Positions 14,831-24,520 of a stretch of 64,000 nucleotides of DNA are shown piece after piece; within the stretch, counting starts at the first letter, position 1, and every line of letters starts with the position of its first letter. A program made the translations under genes and the position numbers. The notes beneath the pieces are model-generated. The model was not told the DNA's origin, did not search any database, and saw only the letters and a list, made by a program, of their open reading frames with translations. This stretch comes from a bacterium (GTDB lineage Bacteria > SAR324 > NAC60-12), in contig OZ242383.1 in the NCBI GenBank assembly GCA_965209155.1, positions 1,344,001-1,408,000 of the forward strand. The letters run 5' to 3'.

Positions 14831-16708
14831 ATGAAATCAATCGTATTTGGAGAAATTATTATGAAAAAGAAGAAGCAAAAAATGAAAAAAATGAAATCCT
14901 TGTTGCTCACACTCAGCCTGGTGGTGGCTGCCTTTTGGGTCAGTCCGGCCGTGGCGGCTGAGAAAGAGACGGTGTTCGATCCCGCCACCGGCAGGACGTG
15001 GACTGCGCCTGAGTATGGCGGGACACTCACGTGGGCCGCCAGACACCATCCTCCGGTTATTGACCCCTGGTTTAGCGCTGGCTGGGCGCCACACTTCATC
15101 GGTGGTGTTAATGAGGGGCTGGCCTTCGCCGACTGGGCAATATCCAGGGATATATGGATCGGCGGAAACCACCGGGTTTGGAACGCCGAGTTGCACAGGG
15201 GGGCTCTGGCTGAAAGCTGGTCAATGCCCGACGACACAACGTTCATCTGGAAGATCCGCCAGGGTATTCACTGGGACGATAAGGCGCCGGTGAACGGCCG
15301 GGAGTTGGATGCCTATGACGTCGAATGGAACTATCACCGCTATTTGGGTCTGGGCGATTTCGCCGAAGCCGGACCCAGCCCGCAGGCAGGGAGTTTCATA
15401 AGTCTATCGGCTTCGCAAGTCGAGCACCTTGTCGAATCGATAACGGCCACCGACAAGTGGACGGTTGTCATTAAGCTGAAGCAGCCGATACTCGATCCGT
15501 TTTCGAAATTTCTCGGCAACGATTTTTTCGTGCTCGCTCGCGAGGTAATCGAGCAATACGGCGACGCTAAGGACTGGAGGAACGTGGTCGGCACCGGGCC
15601 CTTGAGAATGACTGGCTGGGTCGAGGGCAGCTCGGCAAGCTGGGAGAAGAATCCCAACTACTGGGGTGTTGACGAAAAATTCGGGAACCGCATACCCTAT
15701 ATCGACAAGTACGTATCCCTGCTGATGCCAGACATATCAACCCGTCTGGCGTCACTGCGCACGGGTAAGATTGATATGTTGGCTCATCTGGGCGACGCTT
15801 ATATACACTCTATCGACAATATAGAGAGCCTCAAGAAGACCAACCCTGAATTGGAATTCTGGCCCTTTTTTGGCACGGCAGCGGGCGCTTTCCTTTTTAA
15901 CCAATCTATGCCGCTCATGCAGGACGTCAATGTGCGCAAGGCATTTCAGATGGCAGTGGACCGCGAGACAATGGCCAAATCCTACTTTAAAGGGTATGCC
16001 GATCCAGCGCCTTATGGGATGGTTGGACAATTCAATGAGCCAGGGTGGTACTGGCCCTATGAAGAGTGGCCCGAAGAGGTCAAGCAAGAATATAACTATA
16101 ACCCGGAAAGGGCCGAGGAGTTGCTTGATGCGGCTGGCTACCCGCGAGGCGCCGACGGCTATAGATTCAAGATCAAGATCAACGTGTTCGACAGGTTCGA
16201 GCCGACCCATGGAGAAGTCCTCATGGGGTACTTCGACGCCATTGGCATCGAAACCACCGATCTTGATATTCTGACTCCAGCTGAGATTGGTCCTCTTGTC
16301 GGTAACCCGGACACGCACGAGTGGGCGTTATCTGCTGGGTATTATGGGTACTACGCCAGCAGCGGCTTGTTTTTTTGGCTCTGGGGTCTTTATAATCAAG
16401 CCCCGCCCGGAGTCTCGAATCATTGGGGGAGCACGGCCAATGTGAAGAACTCGCGTATGGACGCCCTGTATGTTGCCGCCCGAGATACTACCGACCTCGA
16501 GGAGTTTAAGAGTCTTTGGAGACAGGCCGATGAGATCATGGTAAGGGAGCACTGGGGCCTGGTTAAATCCCGCTCCCCCATGTTTTACGTGAGCCAGCCG
16601 TGGGTCCAGGGTTTTTTCGGTGAATCAATGATGGGAAAGGGTGAACGTAATACCCACCTGGCCCGCATCTGGATTGATAGTGAGATGAAGAAAGAAATGG
16701 GGCATTAG
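14831..16708 (+). CDS. ABC transporter substrate-binding protein, family 5, copy 3; alternative starts 14861, 14882, 14891
   Basis: Signal peptide ...SPAVAA-EK; same family-5 motifs and MGH terminus. Confidence 0.93.
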   Translation: MKSIVFGEIIMKKKKQKMKKMKSLLLTLSLVVAAFWVSPAVAAEKETVFDPATGRTWTAPEYGGTLTWAARHHPPVIDPWFSAGWAPHFIGGVNEGLAFADWAISRDIWIGGNHRVWNAELHRGALAESWSMPDDTTFIWKIRQGIHWDDKAPVNGRELDAYDVEWNYHRYLGLGDFAEAGPSPQAGSFISLSASQVEHLVESITATDKWTVVIKLKQPILDPFSKFLGNDFFVLAREVIEQYGDAKDWRNVVGTGPLRMTGWVEGSSASWEKNPNYWGVDEKFGNRIPYIDKYVSLLMPDISTRLASLRTGKIDMLAHLGDAYIHSIDNIESLKKTNPELEFWPFFGTAAGAFLFNQSMPLMQDVNVRKAFQMAVDRETMAKSYFKGYADPAPYGMVGQFNEPGWYWPYEEWPEEVKQEYNYNPERAEELLDAAGYPRGADGYRFKIKINVFDRFEPTHGEVLMGYFDAIGIETTDLDILTPAEIGPLVGNPDTHEWALSAGYYGYYASSGLFFWLWGLYNQAPPGVSNHWGSTANVKNSRMDALYVAARDTTDLEEFKSLWRQADEIMVREHWGLVKSRSPMFYVSQPWVQGFFGESMMGKGERNTHLARIWIDSEMKKEMGH

Positions 16709-16865
16709 GGGTTTCAGCCGTTGTGGCTGACCTTAGGAATAGGGTGCTGGGGGGCTCGAGCTTCCCAGCTCCCTTTCTCATTGAACCATTCCCCGTTAAA
16801 ATCAGGGCTCGTAATGACAAAAGAGGGGTGGCAATGACACGGGAAATCGCAAGGAGGAGTATCCC

Positions 16866-17858
16866 ATGAGAGCGTATTTTATCAGACGGTTATTGCTGAT
16901 AATCCCCACCCTGTTTATCTTGACCATCATCGTCTTTCTCGCGGTGCGCTTCATCCCCGGCGATGCAATAGACGTCATGCTGTATAGCATGGAAAGCTCT
17001 GAACTGGCTCAACGTGAGATTGTTGAGCGTATGCTGGGACTGGACGTGCCAGTCTACGTGCAGTATGGACGCTGGATAGGAGCGTTGCCGACTCCAGGCT
17101 GGCCTACCGGTGAGCCCCGGTTCAGAGGTCTCCTCCAGGGCACCTTTGGCGACTCGATGCGGGGTTGGAAGATAGAGGAAAGGATAATACATAGATTGCC
17201 AGTCACCATTGAGCTTGGTGCCATGGCAATCGTAATCGGGTTCGTCATCGCCCTGCCCGTCGGCATCTACTCGGCGATTCGCCAGAATACGACCACCGAC
17301 TTTGCAGGGCGCACCGTCGCCGTCATCGGCTTGGCCACGCCGAACTTCTGGCTGGCAATCATGGTCATGCTCTACCCGGCAATCTGGTGGGGCTGGACGC
17401 CATCGGTGCAGCTGATTCTCTTCAAGGAAGACCCGCTGGGGAATCTTGGCATGTTCCTCATTCCGGCCGTGATACTGGGGACGGCCATGTCTGCCGAAAC
17501 CATGCGGATGACGCGCACCATGATGCTGGAGGTCTTAAGGCAGGACTACATCAGGACGGCCTGGTCGAAGGGGCTCAAGGAGAGGGTCGTCGTTCTGAGA
17601 CACACCGTCAAGAATGCGCTCATCCCGGTAGTGACGCTCATCGGTCTCCAGTTCCCCCTCCTGATCGGGGGCTCCGTTATCCTGGAGCAGATATTCGTTT
17701 TGCCAGGGATAGGTCGTATGTTCGTGGAAGCCCTGGATCATAGAGACTATCCGGTAGTCTCCGCAATAAACCTGGTTTTTGCTACTGCGGTTTTGGTGAT
17801 CAATCTCATCATCGACCTGTTATATGCTTTCCTGGACCCCAGGGTTCGGTATGAATAG
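16866..17858 (+). CDS. ABC transporter permease (DppB-like), copy 3
   Basis: Paralogue of copies 1 and 2; RBS aaggagg. Confidence 0.95.
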   Translation: MRAYFIRRLLLIIPTLFILTIIVFLAVRFIPGDAIDVMLYSMESSELAQREIVERMLGLDVPVYVQYGRWIGALPTPGWPTGEPRFRGLLQGTFGDSMRGWKIEERIIHRLPVTIELGAMAIVIGFVIALPVGIYSAIRQNTTTDFAGRTVAVIGLATPNFWLAIMVMLYPAIWWGWTPSVQLILFKEDPLGNLGMFLIPAVILGTAMSAETMRMTRTMMLEVLRQDYIRTAWSKGLKERVVVLRHTVKNALIPVVTLIGLQFPLLIGGSVILEQIFVLPGIGRMFVEALDHRDYPVVSAINLVFATAVLVINLIIDLLYAFLDPRVRYE

Positions 17859-17881
17859 TCGCTGGCGCGACAAAGGTATTA

Positions 17882-17951
17882 GTAGGGCCGGGTCACGTCC
17901 CGGCCATTGCATGCGATGCGTTTCTTAGGCCGGGACGTGACCCGGCCCTAC
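17882..17951. repeat. GTAG-type REP doublet, identical to 10402-10471
   Basis: Direct sequence identity over 70 bp. Confidence 0.88.
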
Positions 17952-17953
17952 CG

Positions 17954-18937
17954 ATGGAAATCAAGAACATGAACAACACCCAAGAAACACCATCTCCCAC
18001 CCGTGAACCCAAGCGACGGGGACGGCTGGCTGCATTCTTGATCAGGCTGCTCAAGGAGCAACCCCTGGGAACAGCTTGCGGGATGATCGTCTTGCTCTTG
18101 ATTCTGGTGGCGATCTTTGCCGATGCGCTGGCGCCTTATCCCTATAAGGAAATGAACCTGGTAGACCGGCTCCAGGGACCATCATCCCGGTATCTGCTGG
18201 GGACCGACCAGGCAGGGCGAGACTTGTTCAGCCGCCTGATCTTCGGGGCGCGTATCTCCGTGCTGGTCGGTCTGGCGGCGACCGTGCTCAACGTGGTCGT
18301 CGCTGTCCTGATCGGCGGCATTTCAGGATTCGTCGGGGGTAAAGTGGACCTGGCGGTGCAGCGCTTTGTCGATGCCTGGATGGCCTTCCCGGGACTGCTG
18401 CTCCTGCTGACCATCATGTCTATTGTGGGAAAGGGTCTCCTCCAGATCATCGTGGTGCTGGGAGTTGCCGGAGGTATCAGCGGATCGAGAGTCATCAGGA
18501 GCGCCGTGATCGCTATCAAAGAGAATGATTATTTTCTGGCAGCCCAGGCTGTGGGCTCCCCCACGAGCCGAATCCTGAACCACCATGTGCTGCCCAATAT
18601 TATGGCACCCGTCATTATTGTCTTCTCCATCAACATCGGGGGGGTGATTATGTCTCTGGCGTCTCTGGGCTTCCTCGGCTACGGTCTGCCACCCACCATT
18701 CCCGACTGGGGCGGCATGCTCAGCCGGGAAGGGCGCAAGTTCATGGAGCAGGCCCCCTGGCTGGCACTCTGGCCGGGGGTTTTCCTGACGATTGTCGTCT
18801 ACTCCTTCAACATGTTCGGAGATGCCCTCAGGGACCTGCTCGATCCCCGACTGCGGGGCGGTCAGGGAAGTTATGGCGCCGCAGGGAAACGCAAACGAGG
18901 CCTCCTCGCCCGGCTGATCAACCCTTTCCACCAGTAG
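17954..18937 (+). CDS. ABC transporter permease (DppC-like), copy 3
   Basis: LLGTDQAGRD, HVLPN, PDWG, GDALRDLLDPR. Confidence 0.95.
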   Translation: MEIKNMNNTQETPSPTREPKRRGRLAAFLIRLLKEQPLGTACGMIVLLLILVAIFADALAPYPYKEMNLVDRLQGPSSRYLLGTDQAGRDLFSRLIFGARISVLVGLAATVLNVVVAVLIGGISGFVGGKVDLAVQRFVDAWMAFPGLLLLLTIMSIVGKGLLQIIVVLGVAGGISGSRVIRSAVIAIKENDYFLAAQAVGSPTSRILNHHVLPNIMAPVIIVFSINIGGVIMSLASLGFLGYGLPPTIPDWGGMLSREGRKFMEQAPWLALWPGVFLTIVVYSFNMFGDALRDLLDPRLRGGQGSYGAAGKRKRGLLARLINPFHQ

Positions 18938-18978
18938 CCCCCTCATCAAGAAGATTCTTTTCAATCACCTCCTGCATC

Positions 18979-20013
18979 CTAGGTACTGTACCTCATGTTT
19001 TTATCGGCTTTCTTTTTCAGGATCGCTTCATGGGCTTCGGGAGAGCCATTGTGATAGGTCCCGAACCAATAATCCAAAGGCATAAAGGGTTCCCCGTAAT
19101 TGCACTCGAAGTAGCGGTGATGCAGGTGATGGAAATAACTGCTGGCACCGCCAACCCGGAAGTTTCCCTTGATAACCAGTTGCTGGAACCCGGAATGCCC
19201 CTGGGCTGGAGGAAGCGCGTTGTGTTGGGCGTTCATCAGCATGTGGATCGGATGCGAGGGCACAATCCAGTGAATCAGCACACTACTGAAGACGATCAGG
19301 TGCTCAATCGGATGCATGGCCACCCCGGACCAGGGACCGATATTGATGTTTTTGTGATGGAGGTAGTGCGCCCGCTTGAAGAGCGGCGGCCAGTGCATGA
19401 GACGATGGACCCAGTATAAGTGGAAAATTCGAATCATGGGCATGCAGACCAGCAGTACGATAAAGTAGACCGGCTGTTCTCGCGGGTCGATGTAGGGCAG
19501 CAGGTCGTTGGCGTAGGCCCACATCATCAGCACTTCATATGCCGTCCAGATCGGAACGGCGCTACAACAACACCAGAAGATGTTGTCGCGCAGTTGGTCC
19601 CCCCAAAGAAACCTCCGCTTTCCCGTCGGCATCCACTCGGCGTCGTATTTGTACTGGAACCCCTGGGATTTTCGCGACCAGAGCCAGTAATGCCAGGCAC
19701 TGTTGACGAGGACCAGCAGCACGAGGTTGCGGGCAAACATCTCCAGGATCCAGTCGAGTTGGAAGGTGACGCAGCGGGATAAGGCCGGCTGGAAGTAGAG
19801 CCAGGTGACGATTGCGATTCCAAAATAGATCGTATTCCACGGAAACAGGTAACCCGGGAAGCCAAACAGGTATTTGAAAGCCTCGACCGGTTTGGGTGGC
19901 CAGGCAAACAAAGGGCTGGGAGGACCTGTCCCCCTTTCAGGGTGCCAGTATCCCTTCTCATCCCGAGGCATGCCATCGATCCATCCTTCTTTTTCCTTGT
20001 TGATATTTGCCAT
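18979..20013 (-). CDS. sterol desaturase/fatty-acid hydroxylase family membrane di-iron enzyme
   Basis: His boxes YWVHRLMH, HYLHH, MHPIEH, GHSG, FHHLHH..NYG..LDYWFGT; start 20013 chosen from aaggagga RBS. Confidence 0.88.
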   Translation of the reverse strand: MANINKEKEGWIDGMPRDEKGYWHPERGTGPPSPLFAWPPKPVEAFKYLFGFPGYLFPWNTIYFGIAIVTWLYFQPALSRCVTFQLDWILEMFARNLVLLVLVNSAWHYWLWSRKSQGFQYKYDAEWMPTGKRRFLWGDQLRDNIFWCCCSAVPIWTAYEVLMMWAYANDLLPYIDPREQPVYFIVLLVCMPMIRIFHLYWVHRLMHWPPLFKRAHYLHHKNINIGPWSGVAMHPIEHLIVFSSVLIHWIVPSHPIHMLMNAQHNALPPAQGHSGFQQLVIKGNFRVGGASSYFHHLHHRYFECNYGEPFMPLDYWFGTYHNGSPEAHEAILKKKADKNMRYST

Positions 20014-20132
20014 CCAGTCCTCCTTACCAAATTGTTTTAAAGCGATTCTTTTAAAGAATGTACTTCGTTCACTTTTATTTTTCAAATTTTCATTTCATAG
20101 CGCTCAGCGCCGAATCCTGATTACTCATGAAT

Positions 20133-21335
20133 TCAAGATTTCCAATATTGATCGGGTGGAGCCCCCCGGTCATGTAGCATGCAGGAATACACGGCGCTTT
20201 CGTCAAATGGAAAGCTGGCTTCAATTTCTGGGGTGAGCGTGGTCCCGAGACCGGGCGCGGCGGGTTTCTGCAGACAACCCTGGACAATTTTTCCCTGGTC
20301 TCCCATCATCTCCCGAGCGAGGGGAAATTCGAGCATGGGATACTCCACCAATTCACCACCCGCAGCAAAGGCCGCGTGATAGCTTGCCATTATGGCAACG
20401 GCTCCCCCCCAGGCATGCACGACAACGCCAGTACCGTTCGCATGACCTGCAGAGAATACATCCATCACCGCGCTGATTCCACCGATAACTGAAGCGTCCG
20501 GTTGTACAAAATCATAAACATCATCCTGAATACGTTTGATCATCTCCTTGGGAGTGGTAATGATTTCTCCACCACAAATCTCGATGTCCACACGTGAACG
20601 CAGTTCCTTGAAGCCTTCCGGATAGTCGGGACCGATCGCTTCTTCCAGAAACAAGATGGGTCTGTCAGTGAGTCTGCGAACCGCTTCGACATAGCCCACC
20701 ACATCATCCACCGCCTGCGGTGGATCGGCAAGATTCTGGCACATATCGATTCCCACCCGGATGCCTCGTTGCCCCGCCGCTTCCAGGACCCAGGCAGTGC
20801 GATGGATATCTCCCTTGACCGCTCGTATTTTATAGGATTCTATCCCCATTGAGTCCAACAAATCCAGTTCTCGCGCAAACTGCTCCTTCGCATCGCAGCA
20901 GCCGCCACTGCCATAGATCCGGATGGACTCACTCTTGCATCCTCCAAAAATCTCGAAAGCCGGGACGCCGTACGATTTGGCTTTCGCATCGACCAGCGCG
21001 ATCTCGTAGGCGCTGGTGACATGACGGGCAGCGCCCTGCAGTGACCAGTAGTCACATACGCTGCATAAATCCCTGACCCGCTCCTTGATGGCAAAACCAT
21101 CCTTACCAAGCATATATGGAGTGGTCAATTCCACAATGGCCTGGAACACTTTAGGCGCAAACACTGCCAGGTACCCTTCACCAATACCGGTGACCCCATT
21201 TTCAAGAGTGACTTCAACCATACCCACAGTCCGTTTCGGTCCATTGGGGAAACATTCCTTTATTTCCGGATCATCGGCATCCGCATAGGGTGAGCTGAGT
21301 AAAATACACCTGACTTGTTGGATATCGGACATCAA
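20133..21335 (-). CDS. mandelate racemase/muconate lactonizing (enolase superfamily) enzyme
   Basis: GVTGIGE, EIALVDAKAK..GVP, YKIR, FLEE, GGE, QPD, HAWG, PGLG. Confidence 0.88.
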   Translation of the reverse strand: MMSDIQQVRCILLSSPYADADDPEIKECFPNGPKRTVGMVEVTLENGVTGIGEGYLAVFAPKVFQAIVELTTPYMLGKDGFAIKERVRDLCSVCDYWSLQGAARHVTSAYEIALVDAKAKSYGVPAFEIFGGCKSESIRIYGSGGCCDAKEQFARELDLLDSMGIESYKIRAVKGDIHRTAWVLEAAGQRGIRVGIDMCQNLADPPQAVDDVVGYVEAVRRLTDRPILFLEEAIGPDYPEGFKELRSRVDIEICGGEIITTPKEMIKRIQDDVYDFVQPDASVIGGISAVMDVFSAGHANGTGVVVHAWGGAVAIMASYHAAFAAGGELVEYPMLEFPLAREMMGDQGKIVQGCLQKPAAPGLGTTLTPEIEASFPFDESAVYSCMLHDRGAPPDQYWKS

Positions 21336-22264
21336 TATCCTCTTTCAAGATCTACCACGCTGAGCAATGGTTTTCCTGCACGGTAGCGTGCGAGATTCTC
21401 TGCAAATACGTCAATTTTTCGATCGAGCTCATCTCGACTACCCCCTCCGCTATGTTGGGTGAGGATCAAATGCGGCGCTGTCCAGAACGGATGATCGTCC
21501 GGCAGCGGTTCATCCATCGTCACATCGATGACAGCCCCTCCCATTTCGTGATTTTCGAGCGCTTCCGCGAGTGCTGCTTCGTCAACAATGGACCCACGTC
21601 CCACATTGACGAACAACGCATCCTGTTTGAGCAATTCGAGACGCGCCTTATTAAAAATCCCAATAGTCGCATTGGTTTCCGGTGCAGTGCAAACCACGAT
21701 ATCCGCCGCGGACAATGCCTGGTCGAGTTGAGCAGGTGTCCAACTGCTACCGAAACGAGTGATATGGCACTGGAACGGAGTCAATAGTTCAGCCAGGCGC
21801 CGGTTGATTGAACCATAACCGAATAACACTACCGCGACTCCGGTCAAGCTTCGTAACTCCTCTCGTATCGGATCACCCACCCATTCCTTTTTATGCTTCA
21901 GTCGCACCAACCGGTCGATCCCACGAAAGTGCGCCAGTATTCCCGCCAAGGTAGATTGCGCGACGGGGTCGGCGAAAAAACCCGCCAGGTTGGTTATCGT
22001 GATCTGCTTTTCCAACTCGGACCAGTCCAGGTTTCTGTATTCACCAAACCCGACCGACTCGAGCTGTATCCATCGAAGCCTGGAAGTCTTTTCCAGCCAC
22101 CCGGAAGGCACGTTCCCAAAAACCACCTCACATTGGGTAAATACCGGATCCATCTCCGTATTATCGTCGTAGTTGGTACGAATATGCAGGCTTCCCTTAT
22201 CGATAATCTTGCGTAAACGAGTGATTTGCCTGTTATTCAGTTCAAAGGATAGATAAATTTCCAT
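21332..22264 (-). CDS. D-2-hydroxyacid dehydrogenase family protein
   Basis: LFGYGSI, VNVGRGSIVDE, DVTMDEPL, ILTQHSGG. Confidence 0.9.
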   Translation of the reverse strand: MEIYLSFELNNRQITRLRKIIDKGSLHIRTNYDDNTEMDPVFTQCEVVFGNVPSGWLEKTSRLRWIQLESVGFGEYRNLDWSELEKQITITNLAGFFADPVAQSTLAGILAHFRGIDRLVRLKHKKEWVGDPIREELRSLTGVAVVLFGYGSINRRLAELLTPFQCHITRFGSSWTPAQLDQALSAADIVVCTAPETNATIGIFNKARLELLKQDALFVNVGRGSIVDEAALAEALENHEMGGAVIDVTMDEPLPDDHPFWTAPHLILTQHSGGGSRDELDRKIDVFAENLARYRAGKPLLSVVDLERGY

Positions 22265-22350
22265 AAAATCATGCGAACCAGGAGTTGAAATTTAATTTGT
22301 AAAATCAATAATTTAATAATTATGATGTGTCATGCTGGTCCCGGATCATC

Positions 22351-22405
22351 CTGGATTCCTGGTCAAGCCAGGAATGACACGTTTTTTTAACACCTGATTC
22401 ACGTA
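22351..22405. repeat. REP-like palindromic repeat (copies at 44280-44333 and 29419-29446)
   Basis: ctggattcctggtcaagccaggaatgacacgtttt..., near-identical at 44280. Confidence 0.8.
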
Positions 22406-22490
22406 AATCCCAATCGAGTCGAAAGTCGTACTCAGTCGAGTCGGGAATCGCGTAGATGTCCGTTTTTCCGATTCAACAGTTAAATTTTCA

Positions 22491-23444
22491 TCAAGCTACC
22501 AGCCCCGGAACCCCGGTACGGAGCATCATATTTTTGGTTTGTTCTCTGTATTTTTCACGGATATCGCGGGTGGGGGGACGGCAACGACTCGATGGCAATC
22601 CGATCAACTCCATGCATAGTTTATCGAGATAGCCGTCTCCACTGGTATATTCTTGTTCGATTTGTACCCAAAGATGATAAAAGGGCATAATCTTACCAAT
22701 CAAGTCGTTTTGAACCTCTTGGTAATTTTTACTTTTCAGGTTTTCATACATATTTATTCCCAATTCCGGCCAATAATTACAAGCATGCACTTCTATTGCT
22801 TTGGCTCCCATCATGAAACTGATATTGAATAAAAGATTGTTGTCGATGATGCAAAAACGATTGGAATACCTGGCGCAGACTGTTTCGAATTCCATCGCAT
22901 CAGTACGTGGCACTGCCCATTTCAAACCGATGATATTGGGGGTCTCCGCCAGTTTCTCTACCAGGGAATCGCTGACGTTGCTGCTTGTCCAGAATGTGTT
23001 GTAGATGATGATACCGATCTCAGGAGAGGCGTTTGCTCCGGCCATCGCAAATTCAAAAAAATCCTCTTCAGTATGATTGAAGTAATAAGGGGGCGAAATT
23101 TGTACAAAGTCAGCCCCGAGTTCCGCAGCAGATTTGACGAGTTTGACCAACTCCCGGGTATTGGTAGTTTGCCCCCCCATCGCGACCGGCACTCTTCCCC
23201 GGGTTTCCGCAATAATGGCTTTTGCCACTGCAACCCGTTCGTCGAAGGTCATAGTGGAAAAATCGCCTGCCGCCCCTCCGGAAAGAAACACCGCGTTTTC
23301 GGCGTTCATTCCTTTCTCAATTAAGTACTGGACGTGGGATTTTATCGCATCCAGATCCAATGAGAGATCCTGGTCGTGAAACATGGTGGGAATCGTAACG
23401 TAACAACCTGCCAGTTTGTTTTTCAAGTTTTCGTAATCGATCAT
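22491..23444 (-). CDS. dihydrodipicolinate synthase/N-acetylneuraminate lyase family aldolase or dehydratase
   Basis: GAAGDFSTMTFDER, GRVPV, GAD...PPYY, IIIYN, NIIGLK (Schiff-base Lys). Confidence 0.88.
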   Translation of the reverse strand: MIDYENLKNKLAGCYVTIPTMFHDQDLSLDLDAIKSHVQYLIEKGMNAENAVFLSGGAAGDFSTMTFDERVAVAKAIIAETRGRVPVAMGGQTTNTRELVKLVKSAAELGADFVQISPPYYFNHTEEDFFEFAMAGANASPEIGIIIYNTFWTSSNVSDSLVEKLAETPNIIGLKWAVPRTDAMEFETVCARYSNRFCIIDNNLLFNISFMMGAKAIEVHACNYWPELGINMYENLKSKNYQEVQNDLIGKIMPFYHLWVQIEQEYTSGDGYLDKLCMELIGLPSSRCRPPTRDIREKYREQTKNMMLRTGVPGLVA

Positions 23445-23648
23445 GATTCCCGGAGTGATAGTATTTTCCTATGCGAAAGCGTTCAGCAGTTTAACGACTT
23501 TCAATGAGTCAGCGTGATTTGAACCTATCTGAAAAAACCGGCATGGACAAAGAATAAAGAGACTTTTTTTACCTTTCGGTGGCGCTGGCGTCGGATTGGA
23601 TTCGCTTGTCGATTACTTCAGGGGAAAAAAGGGATTCTCTGAAACCGG

Positions 23649-24506
23649 TTAGCCTTTCATCCCGGAGGTGATCACATTGCTCATGAAAAATCGTTGCAGA
23701 ATCAAGAAAACGATCAAACTTGGAATGGCCAGCAAGGAAGCTGCGGCGGCTCCCATGCCATAATATTCCGTAATATTCGTGCTCCCGCGGAGCGAAGGCG
23801 AAAACTGGGCGATCCCGACAGGAAGAGTTCTCACCATGTCCGAAGTGCTCATAATCAAAGGCCAGAGATATTGGTTGAAATTTTCAGCAAATGCCAGGAT
23901 CCCCACAGAAGTGCACGCTGGAATGGACAAGGGGAGCACAATACGGTAGAAACGCCCCCAGAGACCGCAGCCATCGATAGCGGCTGCGTCTTCCAGATCA
24001 CGGGGAATGCTGAGGAAGAACTGCCGGAATAAATAGATTGAAAATGGGCTGGCAACCGAGGGCAGAATTATGGACCACCTCGTACCAATCAACTCAAAAT
24101 TGCCCATCATCCGATACAAGGGGATCAGCATCACTTCGAATGGCATCATAAATGAAGCGAGCACCAACCAAAACAACAAATCTCGCCCGAAAAATTGCAA
24201 TCGCGCAAACGCATAACCCGCCGCCGCGCCCATGAATAACGTCATCGCAGTTGAGACGATAGAAATGTAAAGGCTATTGAAGGTCCATTGCGCAATTGGT
24301 TTTTCAAAAACGCGCTCGTAGTGTTCGAGGACAAATTCAGTCGGAATCCATTGTGGCGGGTTGGTCAGGATTTCTCCCGTCGGTTTGATCGAGGTGAGGA
24401 TAATCCACAATAAAGGGAAAAACCATAAAATGGTAAACCCCAATCCTATGACGACGATCGCCAAGGGGATCGTATGTTTTTTTTGTCTTATGTCAAAAAA
24501 TTTCAT
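23649..24506 (-). CDS. carbohydrate ABC transporter permease (MalG/UgpE-like)
   Basis: AGYAFARL, RQFFLSIPRDLEDAAAIDG, IVLPLSIP. Confidence 0.93.
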   Translation of the reverse strand: MKFFDIRQKKHTIPLAIVVIGLGFTILWFFPLLWIILTSIKPTGEILTNPPQWIPTEFVLEHYERVFEKPIAQWTFNSLYISIVSTAMTLFMGAAAGYAFARLQFFGRDLLFWLVLASFMMPFEVMLIPLYRMMGNFELIGTRWSIILPSVASPFSIYLFRQFFLSIPRDLEDAAAIDGCGLWGRFYRIVLPLSIPACTSVGILAFAENFNQYLWPLIMSTSDMVRTLPVGIAQFSPSLRGSTNITEYYGMGAAAASLLAIPSLIVFLILQRFFMSNVITSGMKG

Positions 24507-24520
24507 TTCTCTAAAGTACT

